NCBI GenBank assembly: GCA_963786955.1
Contig: CAWBAT010000005.1
Location: 384,001-448,000 of the forward strand
Direction of reading: 5' to 3'
DNA from: an uncultured Acidimicrobiia bacterium
Lineage (GTDB): Bacteria > Acidobacteriota > Terriglobia > Versatilivoradales > Versatilivoraceae
DNA: 64,000 bases
Part shown: positions 10,916 to 23,427 of the stretch, piece by piece
Numbering within the stretch: the first letter of the stretch is position 1
How the letters are laid out: every line of letters begins with the position of its first letter
Translations under genes and position numbers: made by a program
The notes under the pieces: model-generated
Database searches by the model: none
What the model was told of the DNA's origin: nothing
The model's input: only the letters and a program-made list of their open reading frames with translations

Positions 10916-11865
10916 AACTCCCCTGCCGTCTTTCTCTTTTTGAGAAGGTACAAGAAATAAGGGGCGCCAAACAAAGCCGTCAAAGCCCCCACCGGGATCT
11001 CCATGGGAGGCACGAGGGTTCTGGCCGCGGCATCGGTCAAAACCAAAATAATTGCCCCTCCCAATGCGGAAGCGGGAATCAGGACCCGATGGTCCGGGCC
11101 CACAATCAGCCGCATCATATGGGGAATGACCAACCCTACAAAACCGATCATTCCCGCCGTTGCCACGCAGGCTGCCGTCATAGAAGAGGCCGCTACAAAA
11201 AAAATTCTTTGGATGGTCTCCACTTCCATTCCGAGATGGAAGGCCACCTCCTCCCCTTGAGTCAACACATTCAGATCCCCTGCAAAAAACCAGCAGACCA
11301 AAAAACTCGCAGCAATAATGACTCCCGAAATGGCTACCAACCGGATATCGACGTTACTCAGAGTCCCGAGCAGGTAAAAAAGGATCGTAAATGATTCCCG
11401 GTAAAACAAAGAGAAGAAGATGAAGACCACTGCGTTTAAAAACAAACTGACGACCACCCCGCTTAGAACCACTGTTTGAACCGAAGTTCTTCCGTTGGAC
11501 ATGGCAATTTGATAAACAAAAGCAATGGAAAGCAAAGCACACCCTAGTGCCATAAAGTAGAGAAGAAAATATTCCTTCCAGCCCAGCAGATTCGCCAGCA
11601 TCACGCCAAAGGTGGCCGCGCTGGAAGTGCCGAGAATGAACGGGTCGGCCAGAGGATTGCGCAGCACGCCTTGAAAGATCGCTCCAGAGCACGCCAACCC
11701 GCACCCCACCAGCAAACCAAGCAAAACTCGAGGTAACCGCACTCCCAGCAAAATTCCCCGATCCGGAATGCCTGTAGGTCCCAGGAAAAGGGCAAAGAAC
11801 AAAACCACTACTGTGGCGATGCCAAGAAGCCACAATTTCTTCTGTGGAGAGAAGGATTTCTTCAT
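10912..11865 (-). CDS. btuC: FecCD/BtuC-family ABC permease
   Basis: RLPR, RNPLADP, IGFVGLVIPH, EIPVG..TA..GAP.F. Confidence 0.88.
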   Translation of the reverse strand: MKKSFSPQKKLWLLGIATVVVLFFALFLGPTGIPDRGILLGVRLPRVLLGLLVGCGLACSGAIFQGVLRNPLADPFILGTSSAATFGVMLANLLGWKEYFLLYFMALGCALLSIAFVYQIAMSNGRTSVQTVVLSGVVVSLFLNAVVFIFFSLFYRESFTILFYLLGTLSNVDIRLVAISGVIIAASFLVCWFFAGDLNVLTQGEEVAFHLGMEVETIQRIFFVAASSMTAACVATAGMIGFVGLVIPHMMRLIVGPDHRVLIPASALGGAIILVLTDAAARTLVPPMEIPVGALTALFGAPYFLYLLKKRKTAGEF

Positions 11866-11890
11866 ATGGTTCTGGCTGGAAGGGTCTCCG

Positions 11891-12755
11891 TCATTGCATC
11901 TGCAATAATTTGGCCTGAAGTTGTTCCATGCCGACAACGAGCCGATGATTACCGTGGGACAAGAGATTACGACCAATATCGTCGATGATCCTGTCCTCTC
12001 GCAGCGCTTTCAACTGATTCCACCCTGGCCTTCGCTTAAAGTCATGGGCTTTCGCATCGAATGAAAGAATGATATCCGGGTCCCGCCTGAAAATAACCTC
12101 AACTGAAGCTTGAAGCGCTGACTTTGGGACGTCCTCGAAAATATTGCGCGCTCCACAAAGTGAAATGGCTTCGCTCGTGTAACTGGCGCCACCAACAGTC
12201 CAACTCGGCACATCGATTTCCACGTAGAGCGTAGGTCGTCGCGCCATCGTGGCCAGCTTGGGCTTGAATTTTCTGGATCCGCAAGCGCATGTCACGCGTC
12301 ATTTCACGAGCTTTCTCCTCTTGGGAGACTTCTTGACCGACGGCAAGAATGGTTTGGTAAATTTCATCAATCGATCGTGGCGATTGAATTTCCACAACCT
12401 TTAGCCCGGCATTTCTCAAACGAGAGACAATTCGGCTGGAGGACCACCGTTCCGCAAAGATGAGATCAGGTCGAAGGTCAAGAATCCTTTCAAAATTAGG
12501 GTTTACAAAATCTCCAATCTTTTCAATCTGGGCCGTCTCAGGAGGATAGACGCAATAATTCGTGACACCAACCAGATTATTTCCCAATCCCATCTCAAAG
12601 AGGATCTCTGTGAGGCTGGGTGACATGGAAACAATTTTCTGGGTCTGTCCGACGTTCGCTGGGTGCGGCCGGTAGCGGCGTATATGCTGGAAGAGCAGCA
12701 ACCCGGCAAGAAACAGGAGGCAGACCAGTACGAATTTCCCGGTTTTGGAATCCAT
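11891..12755 (-). CDS. btuF: BtuF-like periplasmic binding protein (frameshift near 12250-12280)
   Basis: IVSMSPSLTEILF.MG, VGVT.YC.YP, PN.ERI..L.PDL. Confidence 0.82.
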
Positions 12756-12756
12756 C

Positions 12757-15236
12757 CTAAAAATTAAACTGTAACCCGCCGACGGCATTCAAACGGGGCG
12801 TGCGATACCCCGCTTCGTAATAGTCCTGGTTAAAAACATTCCCCAATTTAACATACAAACGGACATGCTCACGATCATGCAGCGGAAATTCGTAACTGGC
12901 ACCAATATCTGCTCGTTGATATCCGCCAAACTGATAGGCCCGGTTCGTGAAAGTACTGTAATCCAACAATGGCGCCAGGTAATTACTGGAAGCGGCATAA
13001 TTGAAATTAATGAAGAAGCGTTGCCCAATATGTTGCGTCACCACGAGACTCCACATATTGTCCGGGATTACGAAAGATCGAAGAACACCGGGAACGATGG
13101 GCTGGTTCTCATCTGAGTTGGTATAAGTGTAACTGGCCATCAGATCCAGTGAACGAGTGGGGGCTAAGGTGACGCTGAACTCAACCCCCCGGGCCAATCC
13201 TCCCCCATTGTTCCGATAACCTCCGTATCGGCCGAAGGGGTCTGTCCCCGGTTCGATGGCTCCGGAGAAATCAAAGATAATCACTTGCTGGAGTCGCGTA
13301 TAGAAATAAGTGGCTGAGGCTCGCACCCGACTGTTCCAGAAGGTCTGGTCAATGCCTCCATCACAAGCGATGGAGCGATCCGGCTGCAATCGAGGATCCC
13401 CATAAGCGGAATATCCAAAACTGCTATAGTACGTTCCAAACCTTTCGTAGAGAGAAGGAGCCCGATAACCATTCCCTACATGAGCCCGTAGCTTGGTGCC
13501 TGAGCTCCGAAAAAGGTAAGCAATAGACCCGTCTCCTGTGAATGCGCTGGGAGGAGCACTATAAGGAATCCCTTGATACGGTGAGTCGGTGGACGGCAAA
13601 AGTTTTGGGGCGAGAAGAGAAAATCCCTGATATCGAAAACCGGCCATCACTTGTAATTTGTCTCCCCAAAACCGGAGCAGGTCTTGGACGTACACGGTGT
13701 TACTTCGCTGTGTGGCATCAACCGATGAATCTTCGGCAGCAATTTCCCGTTAGGTTTCGGTTCAGATATCGTTCATTCTCAAATTCGTAGCCAACATTCA
13801 CAAGGTTAAATGAACCTAGGCGAAAGTTGGTTCGTGCAGAAAAGTTTTGGAGGCGCCCATCGTAGTCCGATTGTGTATTCGTCAACGGCTGAAATAAGAC
13901 ACCCCTCGGGCCATCAAAGAAAGAGCGGTCCGTAATAAGACCTTGATAGCTCAATGAATAGTCCCAGTTGTCGCGGGGATGGGATGAAAAGGTCACCAAA
14001 CTGGATAGGAACTTGGCCGTTCGGCGGAAGTCTGGGTCATTGGCCGAAGGCACAAAGTTCCCGCCATTGAAGTGGATCGCCCCTAATGGCACGCCGTTTT
14101 CAAACTGATTTAACTCGCCAAGTTGTAAAGGCTTGGCAATAACGATTCCGGAAGGGGGTACGTCACCGGCTGCAAATGGCGAGGTATTGATTTGCTGAAA
14201 TCCATCGACGGCATAAAAGCGTGCCGAAAGAGTATTCCCAGGGGAGAGATGAAAAAGTATCTTGCCCTGACCGCTGGTATTGCGCATCGCATCGTATCCG
14301 TCGACTCCCTCGGTGACACTCAAATTCTCCGCTCCAACACTGTAAGTCACCCGATCGTTATGAAATCCTCCGGCTAACTGGCCCACTCCACGGAAGAATC
14401 CCTTTGATCCTCCTTCCGCTAAAACACTGCCATGGGTTCTGCCACCCCCTTCGTCCGTTATGACGTTGACAACTCCGCCGATTGCATTGGTCCCGTAGAA
14501 GGAAGATCCCGAGCCGCGCAGAACTTCGACTCGGTTGGTGTCCGTGAAGAAGAGGTCACTCAAGAAGCCCGTTGCATCACCTTGAGGTGCAGCCGCATCC
14601 CTGAACCGCTGCCCATCGATCAACACAGATGTGTCTTGGTTGCGCAGCCCGCGGATTTTCAGCGAACTGAGCGCTCCGGGTCCACCTAATTGCTGAAATC
14701 GGACGCCCGGAACGGTCCGCAACGCTTCAGCAATCGAGTACTCATCCCGTTGCAAGATCTCTTGATAATCCATGACAGTGACTGTCTTTGAAAGTTCATC
14801 AATAGACTGCGCGGTACCTGCCGCGGTCACGACGACTTCTTGGCTCACTTGTGCCAATGATAACGTGATGTCGTAATCCTTAACTCCGACCCGTTCAACT
14901 TGGACGGGCGGAGAGGTTGATGCGACTAAACCCACGAGCTTCCACCTCGATGATGTACTGTCCCGACGATACACGATCAAACCGATATCGCCCTTCGACA
15001 TCCGAGAGTGTGGAAGCGCGGCTGTTCGAGTCTCGTCCATAGAGACCCACGCGCGCGCCGGGAACACTCGCTCCTTGCGGATCAAGCACCCTTCCTGAAA
15101 TCGCTTGGGCATACGCGGAGCAACAGCAAAAGAGGAAGACCCAGCCAAAGACTTGAAGGGAAATCGCCCCCCACCCAATGATCCGTGAACGTGCAGGACA
15201 CACTAGCCCTTGAGCTTTTTCTTGAACTTGAAACAT
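12757..15236 (-). CDS. btuB: TonB-dependent cobalamin receptor with carboxypeptidase-regulatory-like N-domain (indels)
   Basis: RBS AGGAGG; plug motifs LR.VPGV, IRG, VLIDG, RVEVLRGSGS..YG.NAIGGVVN; C-terminal F; downstream of B12 riboswitch. Confidence 0.85.
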
Positions 15237-15333
15237 AGAGCCTCCTGGAAGATTCCAAGTGGCGTCAGGCGGGTAAATCGGAAGAGAAACTGAGGAAACC
15301 TCTTCACCCTTTGACGCGAAGGTTTAGATGGAA

Positions 15334-15512
15334 CTGCCAGGGCAGGTTTCCTGACTTACGGGTCAACATCGCTTCTAATGCCTTCCCCTTCTCCAAAGAA
15401 GAGTGACAGACGGCGGTTCCGTCATCGTAGAAACGACTCGCCGATTACAGTGACGCGATCGTGTGGGATTTGCACCCACTTCCCTTATTCTTGAAGGCAC
15501 CCTGACAGGGTG
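15334..15512 (-). ncRNA. Cobalamin riboswitch
   Basis: Minus strand: AGGGTGCC...AAGGGAAGTGGGTGCAAATCCCACACGATCGCGTCACTGTA...GGGAAGGC...AAGTCAGGAAACCTGCC (B12 box). Confidence 0.92.
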
Positions 15513-15521
15513 ACACCAGCG

Positions 15522-15550
15522 ATGCTAGTCAAAGGGTAAGAGTGAGTCAA
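15522..15550 (-). promoter_or_regulatory. Sigma70 promoter TTGACT-N17-TAGCAT
   Basis: Immediately upstream of the riboswitch. Confidence 0.65.
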
Positions 15551-15594
15551 GCCTATTTTCCGTTCAATAAGTAATGCGTTAATGACGGGGGGCT

Positions 15595-15692
15595 TTGGTA
15601 GCCACGATGAATTCGCTTTTCAATTCATCGTGGGCTTGTGCATTCGGCCTGGAAAAGCCCACGGCGAGAAAAGCGCTCGCCGTGGCTACCAA
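15595..15692. repeat. REPIN-like doublet (TTGGTAGCCACG...CGTGGCTACCAA)
   Basis: Two inverted GTAG-headed hairpins separated by a third hairpin. Confidence 0.7.
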
Positions 15693-15802
15693 CGCAAAGT
15701 TCTCATCCCCCTCCCGTAACCGAGGCATTACATTCATAACGCTTTGCTTGCAAAGATCGGAGTTCATTTGGGATACTTTGAGAATAGAGGCGTGGGAAGT
15801 TC

Positions 15803-16279
15803 ATGAATGCTGAACCGGTTTTACATCAAATTGCTGCGGCGCTCCAAGAATGTCACCTGGAGGCCATTTTGATCGGAAATGCAGCAGCTGCGTTACAGGG
15901 AGCTCCTGTCACGACTCTCGACTTTGATTTCATGTTCCGCAAGACTCCGGCAAATTTGAAGAAACTGAAACTGTTGGCTGCCTGTCTTCACGGCCAATTA
16001 ATGAAACCTTTCTATCCAGCTTCGGCTCTCTACCGGTTGATGGTGGAGGAGAAGGGATTGCAGCTGGATTTCATGCCCACCATCCATGGGATCAGGTCGT
16101 TTGCGAGTTTGAGGTCGCGGGCAACTCAAGTTAGCTTCGGGAAGTACACCCTGTTGGTGGCGGATCTCGGTGACATTATCAGGAGCAAGAAAGCATTAAG
16201 CCGACCCAAAGACAACGCGGTTTTGGAAATACTTGAGAAGGTTTTACATGAAAAAAGGAATTGGAACAAAGAGAAGTGA
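15803..16279 (+). CDS. Small nucleotidyltransferase-fold protein
   Basis: ILIGNAAAALQG.PVTT.DFDF (G..DxD) motif; DIIRSK..L.RPKD. Confidence 0.75.
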   Translation: MNAEPVLHQIAAALQECHLEAILIGNAAAALQGAPVTTLDFDFMFRKTPANLKKLKLLAACLHGQLMKPFYPASALYRLMVEEKGLQLDFMPTIHGIRSFASLRSRATQVSFGKYTLLVADLGDIIRSKKALSRPKDNAVLEILEKVLHEKRNWNKEK

Positions 16280-16412
16280 AAAGCTGGACGCCTTAAAAAA
16301 AGAGAGCGATTTGGCCTTGCGCCAGCAAATTCGCCATCTCCTATCGATGCCGATGAACAAACGCACGCATTTTTTGAGAGTGCGTTTGCCTTTTGGGGGA
16401 TCGACATTGTAG
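16248..16412 (+). CDS. 54-aa basic partner protein (MKKGIGTKRSEKLDALKKESDLALRQQIRHLLSMPMNKRTHFLRVRLPFGGSTL), not in ORF track
   Basis: ATG overlaps the NTase 3' end, RBS-like GAGAAGG upstream, open to TAG. Confidence 0.6.
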   Translation: MKKGIGTKRSEKLDALKKESDLALRQQIRHLLSMPMNKRTHFLRVRLPFGGSTL

Positions 16413-16440
16413 CGGGAAGATAAAAGAGCGTCTAATCCGT

Positions 16441-16554
16441 ATTCCGAAGTTGTGTGAGCGTTGTCAGGTGGAGCGGGTGAGTGGGACCGCTGTCCCACCG
16501 CGAACGATCAATGAACGCGCGACTAGGGACGGTGGCCCCACGCGCGTGTTCCAC
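16441..16554. repeat. Palindromic intergenic repeat, copy 2
   Basis: Homologous to 7348..7458. Confidence 0.75.
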
Positions 16555-16642
16555 TTGAATCCGCAGGTATACACGTCGCAGAGTTCCCTCTTTCCATTAC
16601 TTTGTGGATTGTTTGGAGATTCGTAAATGAAGGAGGAACGAT

Positions 16643-18079
16643 TTAAGGCAATTCGCTTGAACCCATTAGGAATTTGTCCACTCCCCGGGCACACTGACGA
16701 CCTTCACTGATGGCCCACACGACCAGGGATTGGCCGCGCCGCATATCTCCGGCTGAGAAGATGCCTGGGACGCTTGTCATATAGTCCCTGTCTGCTGCGA
16801 CATTGCCTCGACCATCCAGCTTTAAGCCGAGCTGCTGAATCATCCCGTTCTGCTCCGGTCCAAGAAACCCAAGAGCCAGCAGCACCAAATCCGCTCTGAC
16901 TTCGAACTCAGAACCTGGAACATCATTCATGGGGCGCCTTCCTGTCCCATCGGCAGGGCCAAACTCAATGCGGACTGCATGAAGTTTTTTCACTTTCCCC
17001 TGAGAGCCCGAGAAATATTTTGTACTGACGCTCCAGTCGCGCTCTCCACCTTCTTCGTGGGAGGTCGAAGTACGCAGAATCATGGGCCAGTAAGGCCACG
17101 GCATTGAAGAGGTCCGTTCAGCCGGTGGCTTGGGTAACAGTTCCCAAGATCTGACCGAAAGGGCGCCTTGACGAATTGCCGTCCCGTGACAATCCGATCC
17201 GGTGTCCCCACCGCCCAAGATCACCACATGTTTTCCTTTAGCTGTAATCTCCTTGCCGCTCACCACCTCACCCGCCGCGCGCTTATTTTGCTGGGGCAGA
17301 AATTCCATCGCAAAATGAATTCCGTCCAGTTCACGGCCGGGAACAGGCAGATCACGGGCTTGAGTCGCTCCACCGCAAAGAACCAGTACATCAAATTTCT
17401 GGCGCAATTCGTCCACCGGCACATTGAATCCCACATGGGAGTTGGGTTTAAAGTGTATCCCTTCTTCCGCCATCAAATCCAGGCGCCGCTGGACTAGCGA
17501 TTTCTCGAGCTTGAAATCCGGGATGCCGTAGGTCAACAACCCGCCGATCCGATCGGCCCGCTCAAACACAGTGACCGTATGTCCCGCTTTGTTGAGTTGA
17601 GCCGCGCAAGCCAAACCTGCGGGTCCGGATCCGATCACTGCTACCTTCTTCCCCGTTCTGACTTTTGGGGGTTGAGGCTTTATCCAACCTTCCCGGAACG
17701 CATGGGTGATGACACTGAGCTCAATGAGTTTGATCGTCACGGGATCGTCGTTGATTCCGAGGACGCAGGCCGTCTCGCAGGGCGCAGGGCAAACCCAACC
17801 CGTAAATTCCGGGAAATTATTGGTTTTATGCAGAACTTCAATGGCTTCCCGCCAACGATTTTGATAAACGAGATCGTTCCAGTCCGGGATGATGTTTCCG
17901 AGCGGACACCCGGTGTGGCAAAACGGGATGCCGCAATCCATGCAACGGGCGCCTTGAGTCTGCACCAACTCATCCGCAGGCTCACAGTAAACTTGGCTGT
18001 AATCTTTAATCCGCTCCTCGACGGGACGGCGTGTCGCAGTTTGGCGCTGGATTTCTAAAAAGCCTGTGACTTTACCCAT
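16643..18079 (-). CDS. gltD: Glutamate synthase small subunit
   Basis: MGKVTGFLE, RCMDCGIPFC..GCP, GSGPAG, GDMRRGQSLVVWAI.EGR. Confidence 0.96.
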   Translation of the reverse strand: MGKVTGFLEIQRQTATRRPVEERIKDYSQVYCEPADELVQTQGARCMDCGIPFCHTGCPLGNIIPDWNDLVYQNRWREAIEVLHKTNNFPEFTGWVCPAPCETACVLGINDDPVTIKLIELSVITHAFREGWIKPQPPKVRTGKKVAVIGSGPAGLACAAQLNKAGHTVTVFERADRIGGLLTYGIPDFKLEKSLVQRRLDLMAEEGIHFKPNSHVGFNVPVDELRQKFDVLVLCGGATQARDLPVPGRELDGIHFAMEFLPQQNKRAAGEVVSGKEITAKGKHVVILGGGDTGSDCHGTAIRQGALSVRSWELLPKPPAERTSSMPWPYWPMILRTSTSHEEGGERDWSVSTKYFSGSQGKVKKLHAVRIEFGPADGTGRRPMNDVPGSEFEVRADLVLLALGFLGPEQNGMIQQLGLKLDGRGNVAADRDYMTSVPGIFSAGDMRRGQSLVVWAISEGRQCARGVDKFLMGSSELP

Positions 18080-18229
18080 TTCTCACCCCAAGACAAGAAA
18101 AAGCCGCCTTCGCAAGGGATCCGTGAAAGTTCAAGGAAACAAGATAGAGAAAACCTTACTTTTTTTCAATCGTCTATCTTTGATTCCAATCCCTTAGGAT
18201 GCATCGTTCTCGTGCGATCGCGGCTTTCT

Positions 18230-21200
18230 TTAGGACTTAGCGATTGCTTCCGACTGTGCGGTTAAGACTGTTTTTCGCCGCTTCTGCTCCATTTGCACCA
18301 GAACACGGCGATAATCGATTGGCATGACCTTCACAAACTTCTGGAACAATTTTTTCCCCTGATGGAGGACCCTTTCAGCAGATCGGCTTCCGGTATAACG
18401 GAAATGGTTTTCCACAAGCAACCGAATGGTGTCGATGTCATGGGATTCAATCACGGGTTCCAGATCCACCATGCTCTTATTGCAGCGCGATTCAAAGGAA
18501 CCTTCTTCGTCCAACACGTAGGCAATGCCTCCGCTCATGCCAGCAGCAAAATTACGCCCGGTTTTTCCCAGAACCACGACACGGCCACCGGTCATGTACT
18601 CACACCCATGGTCCCCGGTGCCTTCGACCACAGCCGACACACCGCTGTTGCGGACCGCGAAGCGTTCCCCGGCTACTCCGTGGAAATAGGCTTCTCCTCC
18701 AGTTGCTCCATACAGAACGGTATTCCCAATCAAAATATTTTCTTCGGGAACAAACGTTGCCTCCTTGGGCGGGTACACAATCAGTTTCCCTCCGGAGAGT
18801 CCTTTCCCTACATAGTCGTTGGCATCGCCCTCCAACACCAGCGTTACGCCTCGAGAGAGAAAAGCGCCAAAACTCTGCCCGGCGGATCCCTTGAATTTGA
18901 GTCGAATGGTGTCTTCGGGAAGTCCCTGGTTGCCGTAGCGTTTGGCGATTTCCCCGCTCAACATTGTGCCGATAGTCCGCTGCGTATTTCGGACAGGCAA
19001 TTCCAACTCAATGGGTGTTTGATTCCCAATCGACTCGCGGCATCTTTCAAGTAATTCACGATCGAGAATCTCTTCTAACCCATGGTCTTGTGACTGGATG
19101 CAATGAGTCGCAATGCGGCGCGGCACGTCCGGTTTATAAAGGATCTTCGAGAAATCGAGGCCTCGGGCTTTCCAATGCTCGACGGCATCCTGCACGTCCA
19201 GCATCTCCACCTGGCCGACCATTTCGGCTACGGTCCGAAAGCCAAGTTCGGCCATAATTTCCCGGAGTTCCTCTGCAACATAAAAGAAGAAGTTAATCAC
19301 GTGCTCCGGTTTCCCGGAAAATTTGGCGCGCAAAACCGGATCTTGCGTAGCCACACCCACCGGGCAGGTGTTCAAGTGGCACTTGCGCATCATGATACAA
19401 CCCGAAGCCACCAGCGGAGCAGAGGAGAAACCAAATTCCTCGGCACCCAACAGGCAAGCGATAGCCACGTCTCGCCCGGTCTTCAGCTGCCCGTCAGTCT
19501 GAACGACGATTCGTCCTCGCAGATCATTCATGACCAAGATCTGCTGAGTTTCGGCAAGACCGAGTTCCCAAGGAACTCCGGCGTGCTTGATGGAGGTCAG
19601 CGGTGAAGCGCCCGTTCCGCCATCGTGTCCGCTGATCAGAACGACATCGGCCTTGGCTTTGGCAACTCCGGCAGCCACGGTTCCCACTCCCACTTCAGCC
19701 ACGAGTTTTACAGATATCCGAGCCCCTGAATTGGCGTTCTTTAAATCATAAATAAGCTGCGCTAAGTCTTCGATCGAGTAAATGTCATGATGCGGCGGAG
19801 GAGAGATTAAGCCGACGCCCGGTATCGAGTACCTTACTTTCGCAATGAACTCATCTACCTTGTGCCCAGGGAGTTGCCCTCCCTCACCGGGTTTCGCTCC
19901 TTGAGCCATCTTGATCTGGAGATCGTCTGCATTCACCAGGTATTCAATCGTGACTCCAAAGCGCGCTGAGGCGACTTGCTTGATCGCACTCCGACGCCAA
20001 TCTCCACTTGAATCCCGCTTGAAGCGTTCCGGATCTTCACCACCTTCCCCGGTATTACTCTTCCCGCCAATCCGGTTCATCGCGATCGCCAGATTCTCGT
20101 GGGCTTCTTTGCTAATCGAGCCAAAAGACATGGCACCGGTGGCAAATCGCTTCACGATTCCCTGGGCGGGCTCTACTTCCTCGACTGGGAATGGGAGTTC
20201 CTTTTTTGAATTTGAACAAACCGCGCAGGGTACAAAGGTTTTTACTCTGGTTATTGATGAGCTCCCGAGTACTCCTTAAATGTCTTAAAGCTGTCCTGCT
20301 GAACGGCAATCTGCAGTTTGGCCACGGATTCCGGATTAAAGAGATGGAATTCACCTTCCCGCCGCCATTGGTATTGGCCACCCACATCGAGAAGAGGGCT
20401 GGCACTGCGTTCATCCGGATATCCTTTGTGATGGCGGAAGATTGCTTCCTTGGCAAGGACATCCAATCCGATCCCCTCCACGCGAGAGGCCGTTCCGGTG
20501 AAATAGCGGTCTATGAGCGCCTATTCAATCCGATGGCTTCAAAAATTTGCGCCCCTCGATAACTTTGAATCGTCGAAATACCCATCTTCGCGATGATCTT
20601 CAGCAATGCTTTGTGGATGGATTTGATGTAGTTCTTGTGCGCTTTCTCGATGGTGATCTCAGGAGAAAATAGATTCTTGCCGCACCATATCTCCGAGTGT
20701 TTCAAACGCAAGATAGGGGTTAATCGCGCCAGCCCCATAGCCAATGAGCAGCGCAAAATGCATGACTTCCCGGGCTTCGCCAGACTCGACCACAAGCCCG
20801 ACTCTTCGTTCGCGTGCCTTCCCGGACAAGGTGATGATGGACGCCCGAAGTCGCCAGTAAACTGGGGATTGGCACATGGTGGGCATCCACTGATCGATCC
20901 GAGAGAATCAGGATGCTATAACCCTCCCGGACAGCCTGAGAAGCCTGCTGGCAGAGCGATTCCATAGCCTTTTCCAACCCTAATCCACCATCAGCCAATT
21001 CAAATACCATCGGCAATGTCTTAGAACGGAAGTCTCCGACGGAGATCTGCCGGATCTTTTCAAGTTCGGTATTGGTGAGAATCGGTCCCGGAAGTTTGAG
21101 CATGTGGCAATGCCGTGGAGTCTCAGAGAGCAGGTTTTGCTCCGAGCCGATATAGCTTTCCAGAGACATGACCATCTCCTCCCGGATCGAGTCGATGGGA

Positions 21201-22792
21201 GGATTGGTCACTTGTGCAAAGAGCTGTTTGAAGTAATTGTAGAGGAGCTGGGTATGGTTCGAGAGCACTGCCAGCGGCGTATCCGTTCCCATGGATCCGA
21301 TTGCCTCTTCACCATCCTTGGCCATCGGAGCCATGAAGAGACGCAAATCTTCAAGGGTATAGCCGAAGATCTTTTGCCTCAGTAATAGTCCTTCCAGATC
21401 GTCCGTAGGAGACGATTGCGGGCTCGGGAACTTCAACCAAATCAATCTTATTCTCCTCTACCCATTGCCGATACGGTTTTTGCCGTGGAGATCGTGGACT
21501 TCAATTCCGAATCATCCACAATCCGTCCCTGCTCCGTATCGATCAGGAAAAGTTTTCCAGGCTGAAGTCGACCTTTATAAGAGATCTCTTCGGCAGGGAT
21601 ATCCAGAACGCCGACTTCAGAAGCCATAATCACCTGGTTGTTCTTGGTGACAATATAGCGGGCAGGACGAAGTCCATTGCGGTCCAAAACGGCTCCAATG
21701 GATTTCCCATCAGTGAACGCCACAGCGGCAGGCCCATCCCAGGGCTCCATCATGCAGGCATGGTATTCATAGAACCCCTGCTTGTCAGGGTCCATGTGAA
21801 TGTTTTTGCTCCAGGCTTCGGGAATTAACATCATGATCGCATGAGGCAATGACCGGCCTCCCTGGATCAGAAACTCCAGAGCGTTATCCAGCGTCGCACT
21901 GTCGCTCCCCGTTTCCGTCACGATCGGGAACAGTTTTTGAAGGTCTCTCTCCATATAAGTCTGATGACAGCGTCGCCGTCCTGGCTCGCATCCAGTTGCG
22001 GTTTCCGCGGAGCGTGTTGATCTCGCCGTTATGGGCCAGATACCGATAGGGGTGAGCCAACTTCCAGGACGGGAATGTGTTCGTACTAAACCGGGAGTGG
22101 ACCAATGCCAGCGCGGTCTTAATAGAGGCATCCTTAAGTTCAAGATAAAATGCGGACACTTGATGAGCCATCAACTGTCCCTTGTATATCACCGTGACAC
22201 AGGAAAGACTCGAAATATAGAAGAACGCGCTGTCTTCGAGATTGAGCGCGACGATCGTATTCTCCACTCGCCGCCGGATCACATAAAGCTTCCTCTCAAA
22301 CTCCCGCTCATCTAAAACCGCTTCTTTTCCTACGAAAATTTGACGAATCACCGGTTCGGCTTCATGAGCCACGCTTCCGATCGCCGAACTGTCCACTGGC
22401 ACATCTCGCCACCCCAGGACACGTTGCCCCTCCTCGACAATGATTCGTTCCAAAACTTCCTGGCATTGCTCCCGATGCGCCGGGTTAGGGGGCAAGAAAA
22501 TCATGCCGACCCCGTAATTTCCTGAACTGGGTAGATAAATCCCAATTTCGGAGCATTTCTCGATGAAAAATTCATGGGGGTTTTGGATGATGATGCCCGC
22601 ACCATCCCCGGACTCTGGGTCGCAACCGCAGGCTCCGCGGTGGCTTAGATTCGTCAGGACCTCAAGGGCCTGATGAACAATCTGATTGGAGCGCGTGCCA
22701 TCGACATTGACCACGAAACCGACCCCGCAACTGTCCTTCTCAAATTGCGGATCGTAGAGGCCTTGCTTGCTGGGAGGCAATGACCAAGCCAT
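18230..22792 (-). CDS. gltB: Glutamate synthase large subunit (split by several indels)
   Basis: [68 protein letters not shown]. Confidence 0.96.
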
Positions 22793-23069
22793 GGAAAAAT
22801 TCCCTCTCTCGACAGTTTCGGCAGTACCGAAATGAGATCAATGCACGACTTCTTTATCCCCATCTCTTAGGCTTCTGGATTGTCTAAGACCCAACTCGAA
22901 ACCTTGAGACCAGGGATAGGAACCTATAAGTTTACCGGAACTGCAATGGTAAGATAAATTTATAATATTTATGGACCTGATAACAAGAACTTATCCATTT
23001 TACTCGGATCAGCGGACCCCAATCAAAGAGTGTTGCTTGATCCTAACCCTCGCCCCTATAATAGCTTCC

Positions 23070-23336
23070 ATGAACACAACCACCAAAGTATTTATTGTAG
23101 CGCTGGTTCTCTTGTTTGTGGGAATCGTGATTTATAGCTCAATGGGATTGGGGCAGTTTCGTTGCGAAGTTTGCATGGAATTTCAAGGGCGTTCCGCCTG
23201 CGCCACGGCCTCCGGTACAAGTCAAGAGGAGGCCCGGCGAACTGCCACGGAGACCGCTTGTGCCAAGATTTCTTCGGGCATGTCCGAATCCATTGCCTGT
23301 TCCCAAACACCTCCAAAGAATATTCAGTTCAAGTAA
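23070..23336 (+). CDS. Small membrane-anchored Cys-rich protein
   Basis: N-terminal hydrophobic helix, CEVC...C...C...C; TATAAT 7 nt upstream of ATG. Confidence 0.7.
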   Translation: MNTTTKVFIVALVLLFVGIVIYSSMGLGQFRCEVCMEFQGRSACATASGTSQEEARRTATETACAKISSGMSESIACSQTPPKNIQFK

Positions 23337-23427
23337 TCATAAAAACTGTCCTTGAACCCTTAATGGCTACCCACCTGCAGATATGGGAGATGGGATTAAC
23401 CCGGTACTGGTTTCATCAATACATTGG

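Noticed and set aside
2293-15512. Functional coupling of the SAM-I operon and the B12 uptake operon as one system
   Set aside because: Separated by unrelated genes and independently regulated; proximity alone is insufficient
18293-19606. Long + strand ORFs inside gltB, and similar ORFs opposite the Yip1 gene and amrB
   Set aside because: Antisense shadows of well-supported genes
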